Both the position numbers and the translations under genes were made by a program. DNA of 64,000 bases, taken from contig CAPXSA010000027.1 in the NCBI GenBank assembly GCA_948735595.1, forward strand, positions 7,106 to 71,105, in the 5' to 3' direction. Under the pieces are notes generated by a model, which worked only from the letters and a program-made list of their open reading frames with translations, did not search any database and had not been told where the DNA came from. Shown here piece after piece: positions 49,858 through 59,447 of this stretch (positions are counted from its first letter, which is position 1; each line of letters begins with the position of its first letter). Origin of the DNA: an uncultured Clostridia bacterium (GTDB lineage: Bacteria > Bacillota > Clostridia > TANB77 > CAG-508).

Positions 49858-52800
49858 TTAAACCTCCTTAATTTGAGCCTTTCCTTCTCCCACCAATTCT
49901 TCAAATTGCTTTAAGATTTCTGGTGTCATATAAATTCCCCCTGCTTTATCTACCTTTTCTCCATTGACAATTTGTAACTGAATATTATTTCTATCTCCTT
50001 GGAAAAAGTAAATTGCTCCTTTCAATTTATTTCGCATTTCTTCATCTAATTCTGTAATATCAATTTCAAATACTTTTGCTTTTGTTTCCGTAAAAGGAGT
50101 TATTGTTCTTGCTACAATCTTAGGTTCTTCATCTTCACGTATACTTAATCTTCCTTCTACAATAACAATATTTTCCTCAATTAAACTACTGCTGCAAGCT
50201 TGATAACAACTATCAAATACAATAAATTCTGTTGGTCCATATAAATCTTCAATGGTAACAAATGCCATAAGTTTATTGTTCTTCGTATACTTTTTCTTCA
50301 CACTAGTAATAATTCCTGCATAAGTTACATTTTGTCCATCTTTGAATTCTGTTTGATGTTCTTCATAGGTTTGCTCTCTTTTGAATTCTCCTTGTTCTTC
50401 TAGGCTCATTTCATTTTCGCTGCTGATTTGTCGTAATTGGAAGGTATTGATATTGGTTTTTGCTTCAATTTGTTCTCTCATATCTTCCAATGGATGTCCT
50501 GAAATATATAACCCTAGCATTTCCTTTTCCATAGATAACAAATCTTTTGGTTCATATTCAGGAAGCGTTGTGTAAGTATATTTCATTTCTTCTACTTCTT
50601 TGCTACCACCTAAATCAAACATAGATACTTGACCTTCAAAACTCTTCTTTCCACTATCTGAAATCATATCTATAATTTTCTCAAAAGATGCAATAAGCGT
50701 TTTTCTTGTTTGCCCTAAATTATCAAAACTTCCTGCTTTGATTAAACTTTCCACACATTTTTTGTTGACACCTAAATCTTTAATCCTTTCACAAAAATCA
50801 CTAAAGTCTTTGTAATCCCCATTTCTTTCTCGCTCTGCCACAATGTTATCTACTGCATCAGTTCCTACATTTTTAATACTTCCCATACCAAAACGAATTT
50901 GATTTTTGTCTACTGTAAATTTAGTATCACTTTTATTGATATCTGGTTTTAAAATCTCAATCGCTAGTCTTTTACATTCTTCTACATATCCTGGAATTTT
51001 ATCTTGATTTCCCAAAAAGCTATTTAACATTGCTGCCATAAATTCTGCTGGATAATATGCTTTTAAATATGCTGTTCTGTAAGATACTACTGCATAAGCT
51101 GCTGCATGAGACTTATTAAAAGCATATTTTGCAAATTCTGCCATTTCATCAAAAATCTTATCTGCTGATTGCTCATCAATACCATTTCTAACACAACCTG
51201 GAACAATAATATTTCCTTGTTCATCTACTTGTCCATGAATAAAGATTTCTCTTTCTTTTGCCATAACTTCTAGCTTTTTCTTTCCCATAGCTCTTCTTAC
51301 TAAGTCTGCTCTACCTAGTGAATATCCTGCTAAATCCCTTACTATTTGCATAACTTGCTCTTGATAAACCATACAACCATAAGTAACTTCTAGGATTGGC
51401 TTTAAAGATGGATGTGTGTATACTGCATGTTCTGGGTCCTTTTTATTGGCAATATATCTTGGAATTTGGTCCATTGGACCTGGACGATACAAAGATACAC
51501 CAGCGATAATATCTTCTAAGCAGTCTGGTTTTAATTCCTTCATAAAGTTTGTCATACCTTGACTTTCAAATTGGAATATGCCTACAGAATCTCCATTTTG
51601 CCACAGTTTATATACTTTAGGATCATTCATCTTTTCATCAAATTGTACATCAATTCCTTGATTTTTCTTCACTAAATCAATGGTATCTTGAATTACTGTT
51701 AAAGTACGTAATCCTAAGAAGTCCATTTTCAAAAGTCCTAATTCTTCTAGTGTGGTCATAATATATTGTGTAGAGACAATACCATCTCTAGCATAGAGTG
51801 GTACATAATTAACTACTGGCTCTCTTGCAATAATCACACCACAAGCATGAGTTGAAGCCTGTCTTGGCATTCCTTCTAATGCCATAGCAATATCTAATAA
51901 CTTTTTCATTGATTCATCTGATTCATATAAATCTTTTAATTCTCTATTTTTCTCCAATGCTTTATCAATGGTAATATGTAATTCATTTGGTATCATCTTT
52001 GCTAACTTATCCGCTTCTGCATATGGCAAATCCAGTACCCTTGCCACATCGCGAATAACCATTCTAGCCGACATAGTTCCAAATGTAATAATCTGAGAAA
52101 CATGGTCTTTTCCATATTTTTTCTCTACATATTCAATTACTTTATCTCTTTTTTCATAGCAAAAGTCAACATCAAAATCGGGCATACTAATTCTTTCAGG
52201 ATTTAAGAAACGCTCAAAAAGAAGTCCATATCCAATCGGGTCAATATCTGTAATGCCAATAGCATAAGCCACAATAGAACCTGCACCAGACCCACGCCCT
52301 GGTCCTACTGGTATGTCATGTGTTTTCGCATAATGAATATAGTCCCACACGATTAAGAAGTAATCTACATACCCCATTTTATTAATAACACCCAATTCGA
52401 ACTTCATTCTCTCTTGCATTTCCTCTGTGATGTTATCCCCATAACGTTCCTTCATACCATCCATTGTTAATTTTTCTAAGTAATCATAGTGAGTTTTAAA
52501 TTCTGCTGGTACATCATAGTTCGGTAAAATCGTATGTCCAAATTCAAATTCCACATTACACTTTTCTGCAATTTTTACTGTATTCTCAATTGCATCTGGT
52601 ACATTGCTAAAAAACTCACTCATTTCTTCTGGTGATTTTACATAGAGTTCATCTGTATCAAACTTCATTCTATCTTCATCTGTCATACGCTTTCCTGTTT
52701 GAATACAGAGTAGTACTTCATGGTTATAGGCATCTTCTCTTTTTAAATAATGGGCATCATTAGTTGCTACTAGTGGAATATCTAGTTCTCTTGAAAGTTG

Positions 52801-53370
52801 AATTAATTTTTGGTTAGCAAGCACCTGTTCATTAATACCATTATGCTGAATTTCTAGGTAATAATCCTCTCCAAAAATAGACTTATGCCACAAAGCCACT
52901 TCTTTTGCCTTTTCCATATCATTTGCCAAAATTGCTTGATTGACTTCACCTGCTAAACAAGCACTACAACATACTAAACCTTCATGATATTGCTCTAAAG
53001 CTTCATGGTCAATACGTGGCTTATAGTAAAAACCTTCTGTATAACCTAAAGACACTAATTTCGCTAGATTTTTATATCCTTCATTGTTTTTAGCCAATAA
53101 AATTAAATGGCTATATCTAGCATCTAAATTAGGGTCTTTATCTGTTCTAGAACGTGGTGCTACATAAACTTCGCAACCAATAATAGGCTTTACTCCATTT
53201 GCTTTACACGCTTTATAAAAATCAATAGCGCCAAACATAGCACCATGGTCTGTAATCGCCATAGCATCCATTCCTAATTCTTTTGCTCTCACTGGTAAGT
53301 CTTTTATTCTATTTGCTCCATCTAGTAAGCTAAACTCACTATGGATGTGCAAGTGTACAAAATTTGCCAT
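49858..53370 (-). CDS. dnaE: DNA polymerase III alpha subunit (DnaE type)
   Basis: PHP domain N-terminus FVHLHIHSEFSLLDG. 1170 aa. Confidence 0.95.
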   Translation of the reverse strand: MANFVHLHIHSEFSLLDGANRIKDLPVRAKELGMDAMAITDHGAMFGAIDFYKACKANGVKPIIGCEVYVAPRSRTDKDPNLDARYSHLILLAKNNEGYKNLAKLVSLGYTEGFYYKPRIDHEALEQYHEGLVCCSACLAGEVNQAILANDMEKAKEVALWHKSIFGEDYYLEIQHNGINEQVLANQKLIQLSRELDIPLVATNDAHYLKREDAYNHEVLLCIQTGKRMTDEDRMKFDTDELYVKSPEEMSEFFSNVPDAIENTVKIAEKCNVEFEFGHTILPNYDVPAEFKTHYDYLEKLTMDGMKERYGDNITEEMQERMKFELGVINKMGYVDYFLIVWDYIHYAKTHDIPVGPGRGSGAGSIVAYAIGITDIDPIGYGLLFERFLNPERISMPDFDVDFCYEKRDKVIEYVEKKYGKDHVSQIITFGTMSARMVIRDVARVLDLPYAEADKLAKMIPNELHITIDKALEKNRELKDLYESDESMKKLLDIAMALEGMPRQASTHACGVIIAREPVVNYVPLYARDGIVSTQYIMTTLEELGLLKMDFLGLRTLTVIQDTIDLVKKNQGIDVQFDEKMNDPKVYKLWQNGDSVGIFQFESQGMTNFMKELKPDCLEDIIAGVSLYRPGPMDQIPRYIANKKDPEHAVYTHPSLKPILEVTYGCMVYQEQVMQIVRDLAGYSLGRADLVRRAMGKKKLEVMAKEREIFIHGQVDEQGNIIVPGCVRNGIDEQSADKIFDEMAEFAKYAFNKSHAAAYAVVSYRTAYLKAYYPAEFMAAMLNSFLGNQDKIPGYVEECKRLAIEILKPDINKSDTKFTVDKNQIRFGMGSIKNVGTDAVDNIVAERERNGDYKDFSDFCERIKDLGVNKKCVESLIKAGSFDNLGQTRKTLIASFEKIIDMISDSGKKSFEGQVSMFDLGGSKEVEEMKYTYTTLPEYEPKDLLSMEKEMLGLYISGHPLEDMREQIEAKTNINTFQLRQISSENEMSLEEQGEFKREQTYEEHQTEFKDGQNVTYAGIITSVKKKYTKNNKLMAFVTIEDLYGPTEFIVFDSCYQACSSSLIEENIVIVEGRLSIREDEEPKIVARTITPFTETKAKVFEIDITELDEEMRNKLKGAIYFFQGDRNNIQLQIVNGEKVDKAGGIYMTPEILKQFEELVGEGKAQIKEV

Positions 53371-53386
53371 TTCTTTTTTCTCCTTT

Positions 53387-53435
53387 TGTCAGTTTGGGGA
53401 CGTTAGTTTAACTGACATATGTCCCTAAACTGACA
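53387..53435. repeat. REP element immediately 3' of the RAYT gene
   Basis: tgtcagtttggggacgttagtttaactgacatatgtccctaaactgaca. It is the reverse complement of the 54713-54760 copy with two mismatches, and lies 16 nt from the RAYT stop. Confidence 0.8.
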
Positions 53436-53451
53436 TTTTAAGTTTCTTTTC

Positions 53452-54240
53452 CTATTTATCTTCTACTTCTTTTTTCATTGCTCTATAAATTGTTCTTTCA
53501 TTCATTCCTAAAATTCTTGCTAATTGTTTTCTTTCTATTCCTTCTAACCTTGCTATTTGTGCAATTAACTTGTCTCTTTTATCCACTTTTTCGTTTTGAA
53601 TAGAAACTATATTTTCAATATTGAGCAATTGCTTTATCTTTTTAATTGCTTGTTCATCAGACAACTTCACATTTTCAAATTCAAAATCATCCTTTTCATA
53701 ACCTTTTACTTTCCCATATTCTATATGAAAGATTTCAAAATTCCTTTTACTCATTTCAGCCATTTTCAATACTTTCTCGGTCTCAATTAGTCGAGAAAAT
53801 TGGCTATATTCGTGATAACTACTCCAATAGTATTTTGAATATTGGCAAATTCCTGACTTTTCTGGATTGAAATGTATATATCGAATAATATTCAGTAAAT
53901 ATGGCAGATTTTCCACATACTTACTTTTAAATCTATTATAAAACACATGTCCTATCCTATTATACTTCTTATTAAAATACAAAGCATAACTAATGGCCAA
54001 TGACTGAATAACCTTGGATAGCTTATCTTCTTTATCCATTATCACTAAGTGAACATGATTATGCATTAGTACGTAAGCATATAAGTCATAATAATATTTT
54101 TCCTTCGTTTCTTTTATACATTTTAAAAATTTTCTTCTATCAGTATTATCATAAAATATTTCCTGTTGATTGATACCACGAAGAATAACATGATAAACTC
54201 CTGTATAAGATTTTTGATTTTCTCTACAACTTCGGGGCAT
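53452..54240 (-). mobile_element. REP-associated tyrosine transposase (RAYT; IS200-like Y1/HUH transposase, COG1943 type) with a C-terminal DnaA-C-like HTH
   Basis: YHVILRG, HUH motif LMHNHVHLVI, GHVFYNRFKS, and catalytic Tyr context RYIHFNPEKSGI. The C-terminal HTH is QLARILGMNERTIYRAMKK. No IS ends or tnpB are present. Confidence 0.8.
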
Positions 54241-54352
54241 AGTATTCCTACCTTTTCTTTCAATATTTGCCCCCTATTGATTTTTTATTACTATATCATT
54301 TTTTCTACTATATTTCCATATAAAAACTAATTTTATTACTTTTAACAGCCTC

Positions 54353-54592
54353 TTAGCCCTTCATTTTAATTAATGTTTCTATTGGTTCACTTTGTCTTTG
54401 TGGAATTCTTAAAATCTCAAATTTTGAAATCTTATCTCCAAACCTAATCTCCACAATATCACCTATCTTAACCTCATAACTTGGTTTAACTATTTTTCCA
54501 TTAACAGAAATTCTACCGCCATCTGCAGCTTCATTTGCAACAGTCCTTCTCTTAATGACTGTTGACATTTTTAAAAATTTATCTATTCTCAT
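54353..54592 (-). CDS. yabO: S4-domain RNA-binding protein (YabO/RqcP, Hsp15-like)
   Basis: MRIDKFLKMSTVIKRRTVANEAADGGRISVNGK S4 motif. 79 aa. Confidence 0.8.
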   Translation of the reverse strand: MRIDKFLKMSTVIKRRTVANEAADGGRISVNGKIVKPSYEVKIGDIVEIRFGDKISKFEILRIPQRQSEPIETLIKMKG

Positions 54593-54712
54593 CTTTTTTC
54601 ACTTCCATTCTCTATTAGAGTTTTATAACTCTTCTACACTACTTTTCTTGCTTAGTATCTCTAATTCATTATTAGCCATTTCTATTCCTTATTTCAATAT
54701 TTTCTGAAAAGT

Positions 54713-54760
54713 GTCAGTTAAGGGACAGATGTCAGTTAAACTAACGTCCCCAAACTGACA
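54713..54760. repeat. REP element overlapping the addA 3' end
   Basis: tgtcagttaagggacagatgtcagttaaactaacgtccccaaactgaca. It is in inverted orientation relative to the 53387 copy. Confidence 0.8.
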
Positions 54761-57700
54761 CATTGCCACTCACAATTTGCTAAACAAATCTTTGCGCTTG
54801 TAACTTTCTTTCCCAATGCTTGTTCTAATGCTTTTCGATAAATGTCAATTTGTATTTGATACTTATCTGCTACTTGTTTTTCTTTTCCTTTTGGCACATA
54901 GTCTGTTTTGAAATCTACTAAATGCACTTGTTCTTGCTCATCTATATAGTATAAATCGATCATCCCTTGTACTAAAATATTTTTTTCAGAGCCTGCTTCC
55001 TTTGCTTCTTTAAAAATTTCCTTAGCTGGTAGATTGATATAAAATGGTTGCTCTTTGTATATTTGTTTTGCTTTTTTTAGTTTTTGGAATAGTTCTGATT
55101 TTGTATAACTATATACTAAATTAGCATCTATCGCTTCTGCTTCTATTGATGTAATGATTTCTTTTTGTACTAATTCTTGAACTAAATTTTGAATATCTTG
55201 TAATTCATATTCTTTTCTTTCATCTAATTTTTGAATACATAAGTGGACTAAAGTTCCTTTTTGTGCAGGGGTTAGTTTAGTTACTTCCTCACTTCCTAAT
55301 GCTTTTACTTGTATGTACTGCAATTGATTTAATGTCTGCATTTCTTCTAAATTTTCAGTTTTTTCTTTTGTACTACTTCCATCTTCTTCCCAATTTGCTT
55401 GGCTTTCTAAAGAAGGAAGCTGATTTACTTGTTCTTGTTTTAACTTAGTTACAGAAGTTTTGGTTGGAAGTTTTGTATCTACTTCATAAGCATATTTCCA
55501 TTCCAAGCTTTGTTTTAATTTAGAAAGTTCGGTGTCTTTTTGCTTTTCTACTTCTTCTTGAATTACCTTTGTAATTTCTATTTCTTCTTTCTCTTGTGTC
55601 ACTTGCAATTCCTTGATTAAATCTTGTTTTGCAAAAGTTTGTAAAGTTATGATATCACTTAATTCTAATTGTTTTCCTTTTAAAGATATCGTTTTTCCTT
55701 GATAAAATAGATATACATATTCTAACCAATCTAAATAGGAACTACATTTTTTCATCAGCTTATAATCTATCTTAAACGCTTCATCCTCATACATAGCTAA
55801 GTTTTTTTCTTTTTCTTGCAAAGCTTTTTGAAAATCCTTGCTTCTTCCTGTGATAATTAGTTTTTCTTTTGCTCTTGTTAAAGCAACATACAAAATTCTT
55901 TCTTCTTCTGAAAGGGTTTCTTGTTTTATTTTTAGGCTAATTGCTTTTTTTGCAGTAGTTGTATATTTTAGCTTTTTAGCAGTATCAATTAAAGTTGGTC
56001 CTAGTCCTAAATCTTGATGCATTAAAATAACTTCATTTAAATCTCTTAAATTAAATTTCTTATGTGTATGGCTTAGAAATACCACTGGAAATTCTAACCC
56101 TTTACTTTTGTGTATACTCATAATACGAACAACATTAGCACTTTCTCCAATTAATTTCGCTGAACTCAAGTCTCCATTTTGTTTTTTTAGCTTTTCAATA
56201 AATTGGATAAAATGAAATAATCCTTTAAAACTTGCTGTTTCATATTGTTTTGCTTTCTCAAACAAAGTCTTTAAATTAGCTTGTCTCATTTCTCCATTTG
56301 GTAATAGTCCTACATACTGGTAATATCCGGTATCTAAATAGATTTGCCAAATTAGTTCATCTAAAGGCAAATATTCTGATTGTGCTCTCCATTTTTCTAA
56401 TTTTTCTAAAATTGCTTCTATCTTGCTTTTTAGTGGTTCTTCACAAGATATTCTTGTTTTGATAAGGGCTTCATAAAAATTACAATTCCTATCTGTTAAT
56501 CGAATCGTGATTAATTCATTATCTGTCATTTGCCCAATACTAGACCTTAACACTACTACGAGTGGAATATCTTGCATTGGATTGTTAATTAATTTTAAAA
56601 TGGATAAAATGGTTTCAATTTCTACACTTTCTAAATAGGAAGTAGAACTATCACTAAATACTGGTAAGTCATAATCTGATAATTCTTTTTCATAAATAGG
56701 TGCTAAAGTGCTTGTTGCTCTTAATAAAATGACAATATCTTTGGGTTCAATTTGTCTATATCCTTTTTTTCTGTCATATACTTGATAATCACTTTGTAGC
56801 AAGCCTTTAATACGTTTTGCTACAAATCTTGCTTCTAATACATCATCTTCTATTCTATCAGTATTTTCTTCTTCCTCTTCTTCACCAATGATAGCAGTAA
56901 TAGTGTCATCTTCTTTCATATCAATGACATTTAATTCTGTTATTCCTGCATAAGAAGTTTCTTCTTCTGGTTCTGGATAATTTGCTCCATAGTTTAAATA
57001 TTCATTCTCGTTATAGGTAATGTCTCCTAGTTTTTCACTCATAATGGCTTCAAATACCAAATTTGTAATGTCTAAAATATTATTCCTACTTCTAAAGTTA
57101 CGGAATAATTGAATTTTCAAATCATCCTTTTCTTGCTTGTCTTCTTTTGTTTGATAGCTTGCATATTTTTGCAGAAACAATTCTGGTCTTGCTTGCCTAA
57201 ATTTATAAATACTTTGTTTGACATCTCCTACCATAAAGATGTTATTTCCTTTAGAAATACTGGTTAAAATAGCCTCTTGTACCAAGTTGCTATCTTGATA
57301 CTCGTCAATGGCTATTTCTTCAAATCTTTCTTCATATTTTTTGCTGACTTGTGTTTTGTTCCCTTCCTCATCTAGTAACAATTTTAATGCTAAATGCTCA
57401 ATATCATTAAAATCTATACAGTTCTTTTCCCTCTTCTTCTCTTTGAAATTTTCACTAAATTCTAAAATGAGCTTTGCTAACTTCTGCAAAATAGGGTAAA
57501 GAGTTGCAAAGTCCTCTACAATTTCCTCTGAAGTATTTTGAATTAATTTTGATACCTTTTCCTTGATGTCTTTTTTCACTCTATCTCTAATTCCTTTTGC
57601 TTCTTCTTTGATGTCTAAAGTCACCTTTTTGTCTACTGGCCATTTTCCAAAACTAATCTGGTGGACTTTTTGGTATACTTCATTCCACGAACTTTTTGCT

Positions 57701-58485
57701 TCTATCATTTCTTCTAGCTGTAAAATATCTTCGCTAATCACTTGATAAAACTTACTACATTCAGGAAATTTCTCTAATTCCCTTTGCACCTTTTTTAATT
57801 TTAGGAGACTTCCTTCTAACTCTTCTTGTATTTCCTCTAAAATCACCTTACCTAAAACAGTTTGTCCAAAGTCCAAAGAAGTATCCACCTGAAATTGCTC
57901 TACTTTTTCTTGTAGCCACTTTTCGGGGAAAGGACTACTTTGAATAAAGCGATAAATGGATAAAATTAACTCTTGTAATGGCTCATCTCCACGATATCCT
58001 GTATAAGTTTCTAGTAATTCTAAAAAATCGCTATCTTGCTCTATATATTTTTGCTCTAATAAATCTTCTAACACTTCTTGTTTTAATAAATCAATTTCCG
58101 TTGTATCTGCAATTCTAAAATTGCTTGGTAAGTCAATTTCATAAAAATGATTACGAATTACATCTAAACAGAAAGAATGTATAGTACAAATACTTGCTTT
58201 GTTTAACAAGGTAATTTGTCTTTGTAAATGTTCATTTGATGGGTCTTGTTCTAATTTTTGATAAATGGCTTCTAAAATTCTTTCTCTCATTTCTGCTGCT
58301 GCGGCATTTGTAAAAGTTACCACTAATATTTTATCAATGTCAATTTTGTCATCAAGAATTTTATGAATCATTCTTTCTACAAGCACAGCAGTTTTACCAC
58401 TACCAGCGGCAGCAGCTACTAAAATATTAGAACCTTTACTTTCAATTGCTTGCAATTGTTCTGTCGTCCATTTTACGTCACCCAT
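54736..58485 (-). CDS. addA: ATP-dependent helicase/nuclease subunit A (AddA)
   Basis: UvrD-type N-terminus AAAGSGKTAVLVER and a C-terminal PD-(D/E)XK nuclease motif GMIDLYY...VDFKTDY. 1249 aa. Confidence 0.9.
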   Translation of the reverse strand: MGDVKWTTEQLQAIESKGSNILVAAAAGSGKTAVLVERMIHKILDDKIDIDKILVVTFTNAAAAEMRERILEAIYQKLEQDPSNEHLQRQITLLNKASICTIHSFCLDVIRNHFYEIDLPSNFRIADTTEIDLLKQEVLEDLLEQKYIEQDSDFLELLETYTGYRGDEPLQELILSIYRFIQSSPFPEKWLQEKVEQFQVDTSLDFGQTVLGKVILEEIQEELEGSLLKLKKVQRELEKFPECSKFYQVISEDILQLEEMIEAKSSWNEVYQKVHQISFGKWPVDKKVTLDIKEEAKGIRDRVKKDIKEKVSKLIQNTSEEIVEDFATLYPILQKLAKLILEFSENFKEKKREKNCIDFNDIEHLALKLLLDEEGNKTQVSKKYEERFEEIAIDEYQDSNLVQEAILTSISKGNNIFMVGDVKQSIYKFRQARPELFLQKYASYQTKEDKQEKDDLKIQLFRNFRSRNNILDITNLVFEAIMSEKLGDITYNENEYLNYGANYPEPEEETSYAGITELNVIDMKEDDTITAIIGEEEEEENTDRIEDDVLEARFVAKRIKGLLQSDYQVYDRKKGYRQIEPKDIVILLRATSTLAPIYEKELSDYDLPVFSDSSTSYLESVEIETILSILKLINNPMQDIPLVVVLRSSIGQMTDNELITIRLTDRNCNFYEALIKTRISCEEPLKSKIEAILEKLEKWRAQSEYLPLDELIWQIYLDTGYYQYVGLLPNGEMRQANLKTLFEKAKQYETASFKGLFHFIQFIEKLKKQNGDLSSAKLIGESANVVRIMSIHKSKGLEFPVVFLSHTHKKFNLRDLNEVILMHQDLGLGPTLIDTAKKLKYTTTAKKAISLKIKQETLSEEERILYVALTRAKEKLIITGRSKDFQKALQEKEKNLAMYEDEAFKIDYKLMKKCSSYLDWLEYVYLFYQGKTISLKGKQLELSDIITLQTFAKQDLIKELQVTQEKEEIEITKVIQEEVEKQKDTELSKLKQSLEWKYAYEVDTKLPTKTSVTKLKQEQVNQLPSLESQANWEEDGSSTKEKTENLEEMQTLNQLQYIQVKALGSEEVTKLTPAQKGTLVHLCIQKLDERKEYELQDIQNLVQELVQKEIITSIEAEAIDANLVYSYTKSELFQKLKKAKQIYKEQPFYINLPAKEIFKEAKEAGSEKNILVQGMIDLYYIDEQEQVHLVDFKTDYVPKGKEKQVADKYQIQIDIYRKALEQALGKKVTSAKICLANCEWQCVSLGTLV

Positions 58486-58800
58486 AAATAAACTTCCTTT
58501 TTCATTTTTTCAAGATTATTATATCTTATGGGGAGCTCATTTTCAATGTTTTTTTAAGTTTTCATTTGCTTTATTTTTAAGAAATGAATGTGAATTGATT
58601 TAAATTATAATTGATTAAAATAATTTTTCTTTTTTTGGTCATACTATTTTTAAGGAGGCTAAAATAGCAAACTAACAAAATCTAAAAAATAACATTTTTA
58701 AGATTTTGTAACATTTGCATACAGTTCATGTAAGTCTTAAAGGCTTACAAATATTATGGAAGGAGGATATGTTAGCCTTTAAGACTAACATAAACTAGCA

Positions 58801-59235
58801 ATGGATGAAAATATTAATTTAACTATTTTAAATGAAATTGGAAAAGCTACTAGAATGGGACTTTCTAGTATTACCTTTGTTTCTGAAAAGGTAGAAGATG
58901 AAACCATGAAACAAGATTTAAGTACTCAATATGCAGAATATGGGAAAATTTTAGATAAAGTAAACACTCAATTTGAGAAGTATGGAGAAATTCCTGATGA
59001 AGAACCACTAATGGATAAAATGATGAGTTGGACTGGTGTTCAAATGAATACTTTAAAGGATAGTAGTAACTCTCATATTGCAGAACTAATGATACAAGGA
59101 AATTTAATGGGTGTGATTGAAAGCCAGAAATTATTAAATCATAGTCCTGAAATGGAACCTGTTGTTAAGGATATTTTAAACGAGTTTATTACTCTTCAAA
59201 ACAACCATATTGAAAAAATGAAGGAGTATTTATAA
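58801..59235 (+). CDS. Hypothetical helical-bundle protein
   Basis: 144-aa ORF with no SD directly upstream. It is preceded by a mini-ORF and a hairpin, described in the findings. Confidence 0.5.
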   Translation: MDENINLTILNEIGKATRMGLSSITFVSEKVEDETMKQDLSTQYAEYGKILDKVNTQFEKYGEIPDEEPLMDKMMSWTGVQMNTLKDSSNSHIAELMIQGNLMGVIESQKLLNHSPEMEPVVKDILNEFITLQNNHIEKMKEYL

Positions 59236-59250
59236 GGATTTTTAATCTAC

Positions 59251-59290
59251 AAAAACGTGTGAATAATCCTATTTTTCACACGTTTTTCTT
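59251..59290. terminator. Bidirectional intrinsic terminator
   Basis: AAAAACGTGTGAA-loop-TTCACACGTTTTT. Confidence 0.75.
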
Positions 59291-59325
59291 TATTCTATTT
59301 GACGAGGTCCTTTATCTTTCTATTA

Positions 59326-59445
59326 AATAAAAAAGATATATGCTCTTATACTTGCAAGAAAGTGCTTGCTTAGAACATATATCTTCTTAATACATATTTT
59401 ATTACTTTTCAAGAAAAATTCATCGACTTTTTTCGACACTTCAGG
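59326..59445 (-). repeat. Conserved 3'-UTR/terminator module, copy B
   Basis: It aligns with 37411-37535. On the minus strand the hairpin AAGATATATGTTCT...AGAGCATATATCTT is followed by a T-run. Confidence 0.7.
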
Positions 59446-59447
59446 TC

